Of a stretch of 54,614 nucleotides of DNA, positions 38,306 to 48,056 are shown one piece after another (the first letter of the stretch is position 1; every line of letters begins with the position of its first letter). The DNA lies in the NCBI GenBank assembly GCA_045810685.1, contig JBJMVJ010000008.1:1-54614 (forward strand), read 5' to 3'. A program made the position numbers and the translations under genes. This DNA is from Sphingomonas sp. (GTDB taxonomy: Bacteria > Pseudomonadota > Alphaproteobacteria > Sphingomonadales > Sphingomonadaceae). The notes below the pieces were generated by a model. That model was given only the letters and a program-made list of their open reading frames with translations. It was not told the origin of the DNA and made no database searches.

Positions 38306-38784
38306 TGGCGACTGTCGAGCAGCAGGTGCGGATCGACGCGGGCTCGTCCGAGGACATCGACTCCGTCATGACGATCATGGGCCAGGCGTTCGGCCGCCGA
38401 TACGGCGAGGCATGGACGCGCTCACAGCTCGGCGGGATTCTGCCGATGGGCGGTGTCTCGCTCACCCTGGCGCGCGATACGGACGACGGCGCGACCATCG
38501 GCTTTTCCTTGTTCCGCACCGTCGCCGGCGAATCGGAGCTGCTGCTGATCGCGGTCGTGCCGGACCGCCATCGCTGCGGCATCGGAGGCATGTTGCTTTA
38601 CGACTTCATCGACCGGGCCCGAACCGACGGAGTGAAGCGCGTCCATCTTGAAGTCCGCGACGGCAATTCGGCCGTCGGACTGTACCGAAAAGCGGGGTTT
38701 TCTCCCGTCGGACGGCGGCGCAACTATTATCACGCGCCCGATGGTAGGCGTTTCGACGCAGTTACTTTGGCTTATGAACTTTAG
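38302..38784 (+). CDS. rimI: RimI-like GNAT acetyltransferase
   Basis: ESELLLIAV...GIG; LEVRDGN...LY...GF...GRRRNYY; follows tsaB. Confidence 0.85.
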   Translation: MMATVEQQVRIDAGSSEDIDSVMTIMGQAFGRRYGEAWTRSQLGGILPMGGVSLTLARDTDDGATIGFSLFRTVAGESELLLIAVVPDRHRCGIGGMLLYDFIDRARTDGVKRVHLEVRDGNSAVGLYRKAGFSPVGRRRNYYHAPDGRRFDAVTLAYEL

Positions 38785-38907
38785 TTAAAGCGCAGTTGGT
38801 CTTTCCGCGACTTTGCGAGGCCATTGCGGCGATCCAAATCACGGCGTAGATATTTTGGGTGTGCAGTGGATGACTGCACGGCCTCTGCTCGACGTCAGGA
38901 ACTCTTT

Positions 38908-39333
38908 ATGCCGGACATGGACAATACCGAAGACACGTTGCTCACGCTGACGGCCGACATCGTCGCCGCGCATGTCAGCAACAACAGCGTCGCCGTGAAT
39001 GACTTGCCGAACCTTATTCAGAACGTGCACTCCGCTTTATTCGGCATCGCCGGAAGCGGCACGGCGACCGAGCCGAAACCCGAGCCGAAGGTTTCGATCC
39101 GCTCGTCTATCAAGCCCGACTACATCGTCTGCCTTGAGGATGGGAAGAAGCTCAAGATGCTCAAGCGGCATCTGATGACCCACTATAATATGACCCCGGA
39201 CCAGTATCGGCAGAAGTGGGGCCTATCCACCGACTATCCGATGGTCGCGCCGAATTATGCGGAGCAGCGGCGGACGCTCGCCAAGTCGATCGGCCTGGGC
39301 ACCAAAAGGCGGCGAACTCGCGCTGCCAAGTAA
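38908..39333 (+). CDS. mucR: Ros/MucR family zinc-finger regulator
   Basis: TADIVAAHVSNN; CLEDGKKLKMLKRHLMTHY; YPMVAPNY. Confidence 0.95.
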   Translation: MPDMDNTEDTLLTLTADIVAAHVSNNSVAVNDLPNLIQNVHSALFGIAGSGTATEPKPEPKVSIRSSIKPDYIVCLEDGKKLKMLKRHLMTHYNMTPDQYRQKWGLSTDYPMVAPNYAEQRRTLAKSIGLGTKRRRTRAAK

Positions 39334-39372
39334 AGGCTCGCAAATGCGAATGCGGGCACTTAACTGGGACGG

Positions 39373-39795
39373 ATGACGCGCAAGATCGACATCGAGGCAC
39401 TGTGCGCCGACAAGGGGCTACGCATCACCGAACAGCGCAAGGTCATCGCGCGGGTGCTCGGCGACAGCGAAGACCATCCTGATGTCGAGACGCTGCACGC
39501 GCGCGCGGCGGCGGTCGACCCGAACATCTCGATCGCGACCGTCTATCGAACGGTGCGCCTGTTCGAAGAGGCAGGCATCCTCGAACGCCATGAGTTTGGC
39601 GACGGCCGGTCGCGCTATGAAGCGGCGTCAGAAAGCCATCACGACCATCTGATCGATGTCGAGACCGGCAACGTCATCGAATTCGCCAACGACGAGCTCG
39701 AGGCACTGCAAAAGCGGATCGCGGAAAAGCTCGGTTTCCGCCTCGTCGACCATCGAATGGAGCTGTACGGCGTCGCCCTCAACCGCGACCGCTGA
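39373..39795 (+). CDS. fur: Fur family regulator (Fur/Mur)
   Basis: GLRITEQR, HPDVE, ATVYRTV and HHDHLID motifs. Confidence 0.93.
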   Translation: MTRKIDIEALCADKGLRITEQRKVIARVLGDSEDHPDVETLHARAAAVDPNISIATVYRTVRLFEEAGILERHEFGDGRSRYEAASESHHDHLIDVETGNVIEFANDELEALQKRIAEKLGFRLVDHRMELYGVALNRDR

Positions 39796-40558
39796 GGCGC
39801 CGGCCGTTCGCCCCAATGCGCGCGCGGCGCTGCGGATCGCCGGGCTGATTGGCCTGTTCGGAGTTCTCGGCCCGGTCCACGTTATCACCAAGGCGCTGCT
39901 CGGCCGCTCCGCGTGGCCCCACCGCTTCCTCGCCGCCGCTGCGTGGATCTGCGGCGCACGCGTGCGGCTGCGTGGCGCGCCCATCCATCGCCACACCTTG
40001 CTCGTCTCCAACCATCTGAGTTGGCTCGACATCCTCGCGATCGGCGGCGCCACCCGCTGCGCCTTCGTCGCCAAGGACGAGCTCGGCCATCCGTTCATCC
40101 ACTGGCTCGCAGACCAGAATGGCACCGTCTATGTCCGCCGCAGCCACAAGAAAGGTGCCAAGAACCAGGCGATCGCCATTGCCGCTGCGCTTCGAGGCGA
40201 CGGACCGGTGGCGTTGTTCCCGGAAGGCACGACCGGTCCTGGGACGCATTTGCTGCCGTTCCGCTCAACGTTGCTCGAAGCGGCGAACTTCGCGGCGAGC
40301 GACATCGCGATCCGACCGGTGGCCATCGACTATGGCGATGCCGCGCCGCAGGTTGGCTGGTTCGACGACGAACCGGGTCTGGACAATGTGTTTCGGCTAC
40401 TCGGCCGGCGCGGGACGCTTCGGGTCACCGTCCACCTGCTCGAGCCGCTCGACCGTTCGGGTGATCGAAAGCAGCTCGCCCATGCGGCGCGCGAGGCGAT
40501 CCGCGAAACGCTCGGCTTAACGTCGCTCGACCACTCGCCTATAGACAGCGGCGAATGA
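39767..40558 (+). CDS. Lysophospholipid acyltransferase (PlsC/OlsA family); start uncertain
   Basis: NHLSWLD, FVAK and LFPEGT motifs; no ATG/GTG/TTG in frame near the expected N-terminus. Confidence 0.85.
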   Translation, partial: TASPSTATAEAPAVRPNARAALRIAGLIGLFGVLGPVHVITKALLGRSAWPHRFLAAAAWICGARVRLRGAPIHRHTLLVSNHLSWLDILAIGGATRCAFVAKDELGHPFIHWLADQNGTVYVRRSHKKGAKNQAIAIAAALRGDGPVALFPEGTTGPGTHLLPFRSTLLEAANFAASDIAIRPVAIDYGDAAPQVGWFDDEPGLDNVFRLLGRRGTLRVTVHLLEPLDRSGDRKQLAHAAREAIRETLGLTSLDHSPIDSGE

Positions 40559-41862
40559 CTCCCAAGACTTTCAAAATCAAAAGCTACGGCTGCCAGATGA
40601 ACGTCTATGACGGCGATCGCATGGCCGAACTGCTAGCCGCCGAGGGCATGAGCGCGGCCACCGACGGCGAGGACGCAGAGCTCGTCGTCCTCAACACGTG
40701 CCACATCCGTGAAAAAGCCGCCGAAAAGGCCTATTCGGATGTCGGGCGGCTCAGGCGCGAGGACGGCTCGAAGCCGCTGATTGCACTCGCCGGCTGCGTC
40801 GCCCAGGCGGAAGGCGCCGAAGCCAAGCGCCGTTCGCCGATGATCGACCTCGTCGTCGGGCCGCAGGCCTATCACCGTCTGCCCGAGATGATCGCGCAAG
40901 CCTCGCGTGGTGCGCGGCCGGTCGACACCGACATGCCGCCGATCAGCAAGTTCGAAGCGCTGCCGGCGCGTCGCCGTGCCACGCCGAGCGCGTTCCTGAC
41001 CGTGCAGGAAGGTTGCGACAAATTCTGCACTTATTGCGTCGTGCCCTACACCCGGGGCGCGGAGGTCTCGCGGCCTTGGGGCGACGTTCTCGCGGAGGCG
41101 CAGGCGCTGGTCGACCACGGCGCGCGCGAAATCGTGCTTCTCGGCCAGAATGTGAACGCCTGGGGCGACGGAAAGCGCGGCCTAGCCGACCTCATCCGCG
41201 CCCTCGGCGAAATCCATGGGCTTGAGCGGATCCGCTACACCACCAGCCACCCGGCGGACATGAGCGACGATCTGATCGCCGCGCATGGCGACGTCCACAA
41301 GCTCATGCCTTATCTGCACCTCCCCGTGCAGTCAGGAAGCAACCCGATCCTCAAGGCGATGAACCGCAGTCATAGTGCTGACACATATCTCGCCATTATC
41401 GAGAAGGTGCGCGCCGCCCGTCCAGACATTGCCATCTCCGGCGACTTCATCGTTGGCTTCCCCGGTGAAACCGAGGCAGATTTCCAAGCGACCCTGAACA
41501 TCGTCGACGCGGTGCGTTACGCCTCGGCTTACTCGTTCAAATTTAGCCCGCGGCCGGGCACGCCTGCCGCAATCATGGAGGACCAAATTTCGCGCGACAT
41601 CATGGACGAGCGGCTGCAGCGGCTGCAGGCGCGTATCGGCGAGCACAGCCTTGCGTTCAACCGTTCCAAGGTCGGCTGTGATACGCAGGTGCTGATCGAG
41701 CGCAGGGGCAGGTTACCGGGTCAGATGATCGGCCGCTCTCCCTGGCTCCAGTCAGTCCATGTCGACACCGACGCCCAGCCCGGCGACATTGTCGCCGTCA
41801 CCCTCGTCGCCGCCGGCCCGAACAGCATGAGCGGCGCCGTCCGGCAGCAGGCCGCCGCCTGA
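40555..41862 (+). CDS. miaB: tRNA-2-methylthio-N6-dimethylallyladenosine synthase
   Basis: YGCQMN, NTCHIRE, radical-SAM [15 protein letters not shown] and C-terminal TRAM domain. Confidence 0.97.
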   Translation: MTPKTFKIKSYGCQMNVYDGDRMAELLAAEGMSAATDGEDAELVVLNTCHIREKAAEKAYSDVGRLRREDGSKPLIALAGCVAQAEGAEAKRRSPMIDLVVGPQAYHRLPEMIAQASRGARPVDTDMPPISKFEALPARRRATPSAFLTVQEGCDKFCTYCVVPYTRGAEVSRPWGDVLAEAQALVDHGAREIVLLGQNVNAWGDGKRGLADLIRALGEIHGLERIRYTTSHPADMSDDLIAAHGDVHKLMPYLHLPVQSGSNPILKAMNRSHSADTYLAIIEKVRAARPDIAISGDFIVGFPGETEADFQATLNIVDAVRYASAYSFKFSPRPGTPAAIMEDQISRDIMDERLQRLQARIGEHSLAFNRSKVGCDTQVLIERRGRLPGQMIGRSPWLQSVHVDTDAQPGDIVAVTLVAAGPNSMSGAVRQQAAA

Positions 41863-42884
41863 TGGCGCGCCGTGACCTCGCCGCCGTCGGCGCCAACGAT
41901 GCGGGCCGCGCCCGGCTCGAGCTCGAGTTCGAGCAGCCTTACCTGCTCGGGCCGCTGTTCGGCGACTATGACCGGCACCTGATCACCATCGAGCAAAGGC
42001 TCGGGGTGCACATTTCGGCGCGCGGCAACCGCGTGCAGATCGAGGGCGAGGCCGACGCCGCTGCACGCGCCCGCGACGTTTTGACCGGCCTCTACAACCG
42101 GCTCGATCACGGGCACGACGTCGACGCCGAAGCCGTGGAGGCGGTGCTCGGCATGGCGGCCCAGCCCAACCTTGACGGGATCATCCAGGAGGAGGTCACC
42201 TCCGCGCCGCGGGTGATGATCCGCACCCGCAAGAAGACCATTGTCCCGCGCTCGCCGGTCCAGACCGTTTACATGGAGGCGCTCGGCCGCGACGAGATGA
42301 TCTTCGCGCTCGGCCCCGCGGGCACCGGCAAGACCTATCTCGCGGTCGCTCAGGCGGTGTCGCAGCTGATCAGCGGCAGCGTCGACCGGCTGATCCTGTC
42401 GCGGCCGGCGGTCGAGGCCGGCGAGCGGCTCGGCTTCCTTCCCGGCGACATGAAGGAGAAGGTCGATCCCTATCTCCGGCCGCTTTATGACGCGCTCTAT
42501 GACATGCTGCCCACGGAGCAGGTCGAGCGTCGAATCGCGTCCGGCGAAATCGAGATCGCGCCGATTGCGTTCATGCGCGGCCGAACGCTCAACGATGCCT
42601 TCATCATCCTCGACGAAGCGCAGAACACCACGCCGTTGCAGATGAAGATGTTCCTGACCCGCTTCGGCATGAGGAGCCGGATGGTGATCTGCGGCGACCC
42701 CCACCAGGTCGACCTTCCGGATCCGAGCAAGTCCGGCCTCGCCGACGCCGTCGAAAAGCTCGACCGCGTCAAGGGCATTGCGACGGTCCGGTTCACTGCA
42801 GCGGACGTCGTTCGCCACCCGCTCGTCGGGCGCATCGTCGAAGCATATGAGGGGCCCAGTTCTTCGTTGAGCCAACCCCGGTGA
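41862..42884 (+). CDS. phoH: PhoH-like ATPase (YbeZ)
   Basis: GPAGTGKT, RPAVEAGERLGFLPG, MRGRT, DEAQN and VVRHPLV motifs. Confidence 0.95.
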   Translation: MARRDLAAVGANDAGRARLELEFEQPYLLGPLFGDYDRHLITIEQRLGVHISARGNRVQIEGEADAAARARDVLTGLYNRLDHGHDVDAEAVEAVLGMAAQPNLDGIIQEEVTSAPRVMIRTRKKTIVPRSPVQTVYMEALGRDEMIFALGPAGTGKTYLAVAQAVSQLISGSVDRLILSRPAVEAGERLGFLPGDMKEKVDPYLRPLYDALYDMLPTEQVERRIASGEIEIAPIAFMRGRTLNDAFIILDEAQNTTPLQMKMFLTRFGMRSRMVICGDPHQVDLPDPSKSGLADAVEKLDRVKGIATVRFTAADVVRHPLVGRIVEAYEGPSSSLSQPR

Positions 42885-43387
42885 TGCTCGAAATCGCCCT
42901 CGACGCCGACGAGGAATGGGACAGTAGCGGCTTAACCGAACCGCTCGTCCGCCGCGCCGCCGAGGCGGCAATCGCCGAAAGCGCCTTCCCGCAGCTAGCC
43001 GAGTCCCAGCGCACGATCGAGCTTTCGGTGCGGCTCACCAGCGACCAGCAGGTCGAGGCGCTCAACGCCCATTGGCGCGGCAAGCACAAGCGCACCAACG
43101 TGCTCTCCTTTCCGATGGCCGACGAGCGCGAATTGAGCGACAAAAGCTTTGCCGATGCAGAATTGTTGCTCGGCGATATCCTTCTCGCGCACGGAGTCTG
43201 CGAAGCGGAAGCGGCGGACAAAGGCGTGTCGTTCCAAAGCCATGCGACGCACCTGATCGTCCACGGCACGCTGCACCTGCTCGGCTATGATCATAATGAC
43301 GAGCGCGCCGCGGCGGACATGGAAGCCCGCGAGGTCCGCGCGCTGGAACGGCTCGGAATTGCCAACCCTTACGAGGTGACCGCCTGA
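42881..43387 (+). CDS. ybeY: rRNA maturation endoribonuclease YbeY
   Basis: TNVLSFP; HGTLHLLGYDH. Confidence 0.95.
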   Translation: MMLEIALDADEEWDSSGLTEPLVRRAAEAAIAESAFPQLAESQRTIELSVRLTSDQQVEALNAHWRGKHKRTNVLSFPMADERELSDKSFADAELLLGDILLAHGVCEAEAADKGVSFQSHATHLIVHGTLHLLGYDHNDERAAADMEAREVRALERLGIANPYEVTA

Positions 43388-44262
43388 TGGCCACCCGCAA
43401 CGAAGAGGCCGGTGGCTCCCGCCTGTGGCGCGGCATGCGTCACCTGATCTTCGGCGACGATGCAGAGCCGAGTCTGCGGGACCAGATCGAGGAAGCGATC
43501 GAGGACGCGGAGGATTCGCGCCCGGTGGCCGGCGACCTTTCCCCGCCCGAGCGGCAGATGCTGCGCAACCTGCTGCATTTCGGTGACCAGACGGCAGGCG
43601 AGATCGCGGTGACGCGCGGCGACATCATGGCGGTGCCTTCGGACATCAGCTTCGACCACCTGGTCCAGGCATTCGTCGATGCGGGCCACAGCCGCCTGCC
43701 GGTCTACGGCGAGAGCCTCGATGAAGTGATCGGCATGGTCCACATCAAGGACGTCTTCATGGCCAAGGTCGACGCTTCGCGCGACCGCTCGCTGCCAGCG
43801 CTGATGCGCGAACCCTTGTTCGTGCCAGAATCGATGAGCGTGATCGAGCTTCTCGCGCGCATGCGGAGTCAGCGCGTCCACCTTGCCATCATCGTCGATG
43901 AATTTGGCGGCACCGAAGGCCTGGTGACGATCGAAGACGTGGTCGAGGAGATCGTCGGCGACATCGAGGACGAGCATGACGAGGCCGAGGCCGGAATGCT
44001 GACCATGCTCGACGATGGCTTGTGGGAAGCCGACGCGCGGCTCGAGCTAGAGGAGCTCGCCGAGGCGGTTGATCCGCGACTCTCGTCCGCCGAGGACGAA
44101 GTCGACACCCTCGGCGGCCTGATGTTCCTGCTCGCCGGGCATATCCCGGCCAAAGGCGAATGCGTCGCCCACCCTTCCGGCTGGAAGCTCGAAGCGGTCG
44201 ATTCAGACCCCCGCCGAATCATCCGCGTCAGGCTCCACGCGCCGGTGCGGCCGCCGGGCTAA
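43387..44262 (+). CDS. corC: CBS-domain CorC/HlyC family protein
   Basis: HSRLPVY; [29 protein letters not shown]; follows ybeY. Confidence 0.88.
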   Translation: MATRNEEAGGSRLWRGMRHLIFGDDAEPSLRDQIEEAIEDAEDSRPVAGDLSPPERQMLRNLLHFGDQTAGEIAVTRGDIMAVPSDISFDHLVQAFVDAGHSRLPVYGESLDEVIGMVHIKDVFMAKVDASRDRSLPALMREPLFVPESMSVIELLARMRSQRVHLAIIVDEFGGTEGLVTIEDVVEEIVGDIEDEHDEAEAGMLTMLDDGLWEADARLELEELAEAVDPRLSSAEDEVDTLGGLMFLLAGHIPAKGECVAHPSGWKLEAVDSDPRRIIRVRLHAPVRPPG

Positions 44263-44681
44263 CTCCTCGCGAACAGTTTCGCGGGGTCGGCCATGGCCTT
44301 GAACTCGAGCGCGTTGCCGGCCGGATCTAGGAAGAACATCGTCGCCTGCTCGCCCGCTTCGCCCTTGAAGCGCACCGTCGGCGCGATTAAAAACTCCACT
44401 CCGGCATCGGTCAGCCGCTCGGCGAGCCGCGCCCAATCCTTCTTCGGCAGCACAACGCCGAAATGGGGCACCGGAACGTCTTCGCCATCAACCGGGTTGG
44501 TCGCGCGCGCCCGCACCGCATCCGCCGCCAGGTGAGCGACGATCTGGTGGCCGTAGAGGTCGAAATCGACCCAATGATCAGCGCTGCGCCCCTCAGGGCA
44601 GCCGAGTAGGTCGCCATAGAAACGGCGGGCCGCGGCGAGATCGTCGACGGGAAAGGCATGGTGAAAGGGCGGGAGGGCCAT
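44259..44681 (-). CDS. VOC/glyoxalase family protein
   Basis: [20 protein letters not shown] and [13 protein letters not shown] motifs. Confidence 0.9.
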   Translation of the reverse strand: MALPPFHHAFPVDDLAAARRFYGDLLGCPEGRSADHWVDFDLYGHQIVAHLAADAVRARATNPVDGEDVPVPHFGVVLPKKDWARLAERLTDAGVEFLIAPTVRFKGEAGEQATMFFLDPAGNALEFKAMADPAKLFARS

Positions 44682-44692
44682 CGCCGCCCAAT

Positions 44693-44766
44693 GTCATTGC
44701 GGGCGTAGCGAAGCAATCCAGAGACTCGCGAGTGGATTGCTTCGTCGCCGCGCTTCTCGCAATGAC
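44693..44766 (-). repeat. Palindromic interspersed repeat, copy 4 (opposite orientation to copies 1-3)
   Basis: Reverse complement reads GTCATTGCGAGAAGCGCGGCGACGAAGCAATCCA...TGGATTGCTTCGCTACGCCCGCAATGAC. Confidence 0.9.
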
Positions 44767-44775
44767 GGCAGTTGA

Positions 44776-46287
44776 ATGCTTTACGTCGTCTACGCCTTCG
44801 CCGCCGGAGCGGCCTCGGCCTTTGGCTTCGCGCCGGTGGGCCTGTGGCCACTGCTTCCCGTCGCCTTCGCGCTGCTGTGCGAATTCATTTGCCGGGCGAA
44901 GAGCCTCCGACGGGCGCTGCTCGCCGGCTGGGCCTTCGGGGTCGGCCAGTTCTTGGTCGGCCTCAACTGGATCGCGACCGCATTCACCTATCAAGCGGCG
45001 ATGCCGCCATGGCTCGGCTGGGTCGCGGTCGTGCTGGTCTCGCTTTACCTAGCAGTCTATCCGGCGCTCGCGGCGGGCCTTGCGTGGCGGTACGGCCGCG
45101 ACAACCGGGTCGTCCTCGTCATGGTCCTCGCCGGCGCCTGGGCGGTCACCGAATGGCTCCGCGGGACGATGTTCACCGGCTTTCCATGGAACCCGGCGGC
45201 GGCCGCGCTTGCGCCAACGCCGCTGATCAAGATCACCGCGCTGATCGGCACCTACGGCTTGTCGGGCTTGGTCGTGCTCCTGGGCGGTGCGATCTGGCTG
45301 GAGTATTACAAGAAATGGTTGCCGGTCGTGCTGATCGTCGCGGCGGCCGCACTGCTATGGGTGCTGCCAGCGTCTCCGGTGCCGCCCGATCCACTGACGA
45401 TCATGAACGTGCGGGTCGTCCAGCCGAACATCGGCCAGCAGGATAAATGGCGCCCCGGATTTGACGAGGAGGCCGCGCGCCGACTTGCCGCCTTGTCGGG
45501 GCCGCCGAGCGCCGAACCGCGGCTGCTGCTTTGGCCCGAAGCGGCGATCACCGAGCCGCTTCAGGACGCGCGCATCGATCACCAGGCATTCGCCGAGTTC
45601 CAGCGCGCGCGCGCGGCTTCGTTGCTCGGCCCCGACGATCGACTGCTCACCGGAGGCATCGCAATCGCCTCCAAGGACGGCATCCACCTCGACGGCGCCG
45701 TCAACAGCGTCTTTGCGCTTGCGCCCGGCGGCAGGGTCGTCGGGCGCTACGACAAGGCGCACCTCGTGCCTTACGGCGAATATCTGCCGATGCGCCCGCT
45801 GCTCTCGGCCATCGGCATCTCACGCCTCGCCCCGGGCGAGCTCGACTTTTCCTCAGGCCCCGGGCCGCGCACGCTCAACATTGGCGGCGAGTGGGGCAAG
45901 GTCGGCTTCCAGCTCTGCTACGAGATCATTTTCTCGGGACAGGTAGTCGACGAGAAGCACCGTCCGGCGTTCATCTTCAATCCGTCGAACGATGCCTGGT
46001 TCGGCCGCTGGGGACCGCCGCAGCATCTGGCGCAAGCCCGGCTGCGCGCGGCGGAGGAAGGACTACCGGTGCTGCGCGCCACACCAACCGGGATCAGCGC
46101 GGTGATCGATGGCCGGGGCAATGTCGTGAAGGCGCTGCCGTGGCGCACCGCCGGCGTGATCGACGCCGTTCTTCCGCCCGCGGCCAACTCGCCGCCCCCG
46201 TTCGCGCGCTTCGGCAACCTCATTCCGCTGCTGCTCGGCTTCGCGCTCATCATCGGCGGCATTGTGCTGTCCCGCCGCCGCCGCTAG
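44776..46287 (+). CDS. lnt: Apolipoprotein N-acyltransferase
   Basis: FTGFPW, VQPNI, nitrilase triad WPE / K(AHLVPYGE) / CYE, and NDAWFG. Confidence 0.95.
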   Translation: MLYVVYAFAAGAASAFGFAPVGLWPLLPVAFALLCEFICRAKSLRRALLAGWAFGVGQFLVGLNWIATAFTYQAAMPPWLGWVAVVLVSLYLAVYPALAAGLAWRYGRDNRVVLVMVLAGAWAVTEWLRGTMFTGFPWNPAAAALAPTPLIKITALIGTYGLSGLVVLLGGAIWLEYYKKWLPVVLIVAAAALLWVLPASPVPPDPLTIMNVRVVQPNIGQQDKWRPGFDEEAARRLAALSGPPSAEPRLLLWPEAAITEPLQDARIDHQAFAEFQRARAASLLGPDDRLLTGGIAIASKDGIHLDGAVNSVFALAPGGRVVGRYDKAHLVPYGEYLPMRPLLSAIGISRLAPGELDFSSGPGPRTLNIGGEWGKVGFQLCYEIIFSGQVVDEKHRPAFIFNPSNDAWFGRWGPPQHLAQARLRAAEEGLPVLRATPTGISAVIDGRGNVVKALPWRTAGVIDAVLPPAANSPPPFARFGNLIPLLLGFALIIGGIVLSRRRR

Positions 46288-46294
46288 GAAGCAC

Positions 46295-46314
46295 ATATAA
46301 AGCTTTCCTTATAT
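46295..46314. promoter_or_regulatory. 20-bp imperfect palindrome upstream of metK; SahR-type operator candidate
   Basis: ATATAAAG-CTTT-CCTTATAT, strongly AT-rich in a GC-rich genome. Confidence 0.6.
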
Positions 46315-46339
46315 CCCCACATCAGGACGCCTTTCTCTC

Positions 46340-47554
46340 ATGCGCAGCTCGTACCTGTTCACCTCCGAATCCGTTTCCGAAGGCCATCCCGACAAGGTCG
46401 CCGACCAGATTTCCGATGCGATCGTCGATCTGTTCCTGTCCAAGGACCCGGAAGCGCGCGTTGCGTGCGAGACCATGACCACGACCAACCGCGTCGTCCT
46501 CGCCGGTGAAATCCGCGGCCAGGGCATCATGGACGAGGAAGGCAATTGGGCGACCGGCATTCGCGAGGAGATCGAGGAAGCGGCGCGCGCCGTGGTCCGG
46601 CGCATCGGCTATGAGCAGCAGGGCTTCCACTGGGACCGGTTCGACTTCGCCAACCACCTCCACCCCCAATCCGCCCATATCGCGCAGGGCGTGGATGCGG
46701 CCGAGGACAAGGACGAGGGTGCCGGAGACCAGGGCATCATGTTCGGCTTCGCCTGCGACGAGACGCCCGACCTCATGCCGGCGACGCTCGACTACAGCCA
46801 CAAGATCCTGATGGAGATGGCCAAGGACCGCCACAGCGGCGCGGCGCCCTTCCTGGAGCCGGACGCGAAGAGCCAGGTGACGCTTCGCTTCGAGGACGGC
46901 ATTCCCGCCAAGGCCACGGCGATCGTCGTCTCGACCCAACATAAGCCCGGCTATGACAAGGGCGAAAGGCAGGCCCAGCTTCACGCTTATGTGAAGGATG
47001 TGGTCGCGCGGGTGATGCCCCAGCGGCTGCTCGGCAACGAGACCGTCTATCACATCAACCCGACCGGCAGCTTCGAGATCGGTGGACCCGATGGCGACGC
47101 CGGCGTGACCGGCCGCAAGATCATCGTGGACACCTACGGCGGCGCCGCTCCGCATGGAGGCGGTGCCTTCTCCGGCAAGGACCCGACCAAGGTCGACCGT
47201 TCGGGCGCCTATGTCGCACGTTACCTTGCCAAGAACATCGTCGCCGCCGGCCTCGCCAAGCGCTGCACCATTCAGCTCGCTTATGCGATCGGCGTTTCCG
47301 AGCCGCTGTCGCTATACGTCAACACCCACGGCACCGGCACTGTGGGCGATGATGCCATCGAGGCGGCGATCGGCCGCATCGGCAAGCTCGGCCGCCTGAC
47401 CCCGCGCGGCATCCGCACCCACCTCGGCCTCAACAAACCCATTTACGCGGCAACCGCCGCCTACGGCCATTTCGGCCGCAAGGCAGAAGGCGAGCTGTTC
47501 CCGTGGGAGCGCGTGGACTTGGTCGAGGACCTTAAGGACGCAGTCGGCGCGTAG
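46340..47554 (+). CDS. metK: S-adenosylmethionine synthetase
   Basis: [19 protein letters not shown] and [11 protein letters not shown]...GGGAFSGKD motifs. Confidence 0.98.
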   Translation: MRSSYLFTSESVSEGHPDKVADQISDAIVDLFLSKDPEARVACETMTTTNRVVLAGEIRGQGIMDEEGNWATGIREEIEEAARAVVRRIGYEQQGFHWDRFDFANHLHPQSAHIAQGVDAAEDKDEGAGDQGIMFGFACDETPDLMPATLDYSHKILMEMAKDRHSGAAPFLEPDAKSQVTLRFEDGIPAKATAIVVSTQHKPGYDKGERQAQLHAYVKDVVARVMPQRLLGNETVYHINPTGSFEIGGPDGDAGVTGRKIIVDTYGGAAPHGGGAFSGKDPTKVDRSGAYVARYLAKNIVAAGLAKRCTIQLAYAIGVSEPLSLYVNTHGTGTVGDDAIEAAIGRIGKLGRLTPRGIRTHLGLNKPIYAATAAYGHFGRKAEGELFPWERVDLVEDLKDAVGA

Positions 47555-47557
47555 GCG

Positions 47558-48037
47558 CTACAGGTTCGATGTGTCGTGCACGCCAACCCCGTGGCGGTAG
47601 ACGAGGTCCCCGCCTTTCCAGCCGCTGTAGAGCAGGATGAGCACGACGACGCCTGAAAGATAAACGCCTGTCGATTGCGCGAATCCGGGATTGTTGAGTC
47701 GCAGCACGAGGTTCACGAGCTCGATCACCACCGCCGTCACATTGGCGAGCATGTGTTTGAGCGCGTCGCCGAGGCGCCGGATGCGTTCATCGCCCAGATA
47801 ATCGGTGAGCCCGGCGACCGCCGCCAACGCGGCCATTACGAGGCCAACGCCGAGCAGCCACATCGAGGCCCTCGCCCAGCCGAGATCATTGTTCTGCTTG
47901 TAGACGATGTCGGTGACGAACGCGCCGACGAAGCAGACGATCGGGAACGGGATCAGCATCGGGTGGATCGGATGGTCGGCGATCTTCGCGGTGCTGTGGG
48001 GCCGGCCGCCGCGGGGCCCTTCGTTCGTCGTGGCCAT
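47558..48037 (-). CDS. DUF2231 membrane protein
   Basis: HPIHPMLIPFPI, KHMLAN and SGWKGGDLVYRHGVG; AGGAG before ATG 48037. Confidence 0.82.
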   Translation of the reverse strand: MATTNEGPRGGRPHSTAKIADHPIHPMLIPFPIVCFVGAFVTDIVYKQNNDLGWARASMWLLGVGLVMAALAAVAGLTDYLGDERIRRLGDALKHMLANVTAVVIELVNLVLRLNNPGFAQSTGVYLSGVVVLILLYSGWKGGDLVYRHGVGVHDTSNL

Positions 48038-48056
48038 GATCTTTCTCTCCTCTCGT

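Noticed and set aside
38817-38885. Hammerhead ribozyme
   Set aside because: Three stems are present but the CUGANGA and GAAA core is missing on both strands
21539-44766. Repeats as a CRISPR array or integron attC sites
   Set aside because: Copies are dispersed rather than regularly spaced, lack GTTRRRY/RYYYAAC ends, and no cas or integrase gene is present
46288-46339. SAM riboswitch upstream of metK
   Set aside because: The gap is only 52 nt, I see no SAM-II or SAM-SAH core, and the palindrome explains the region better
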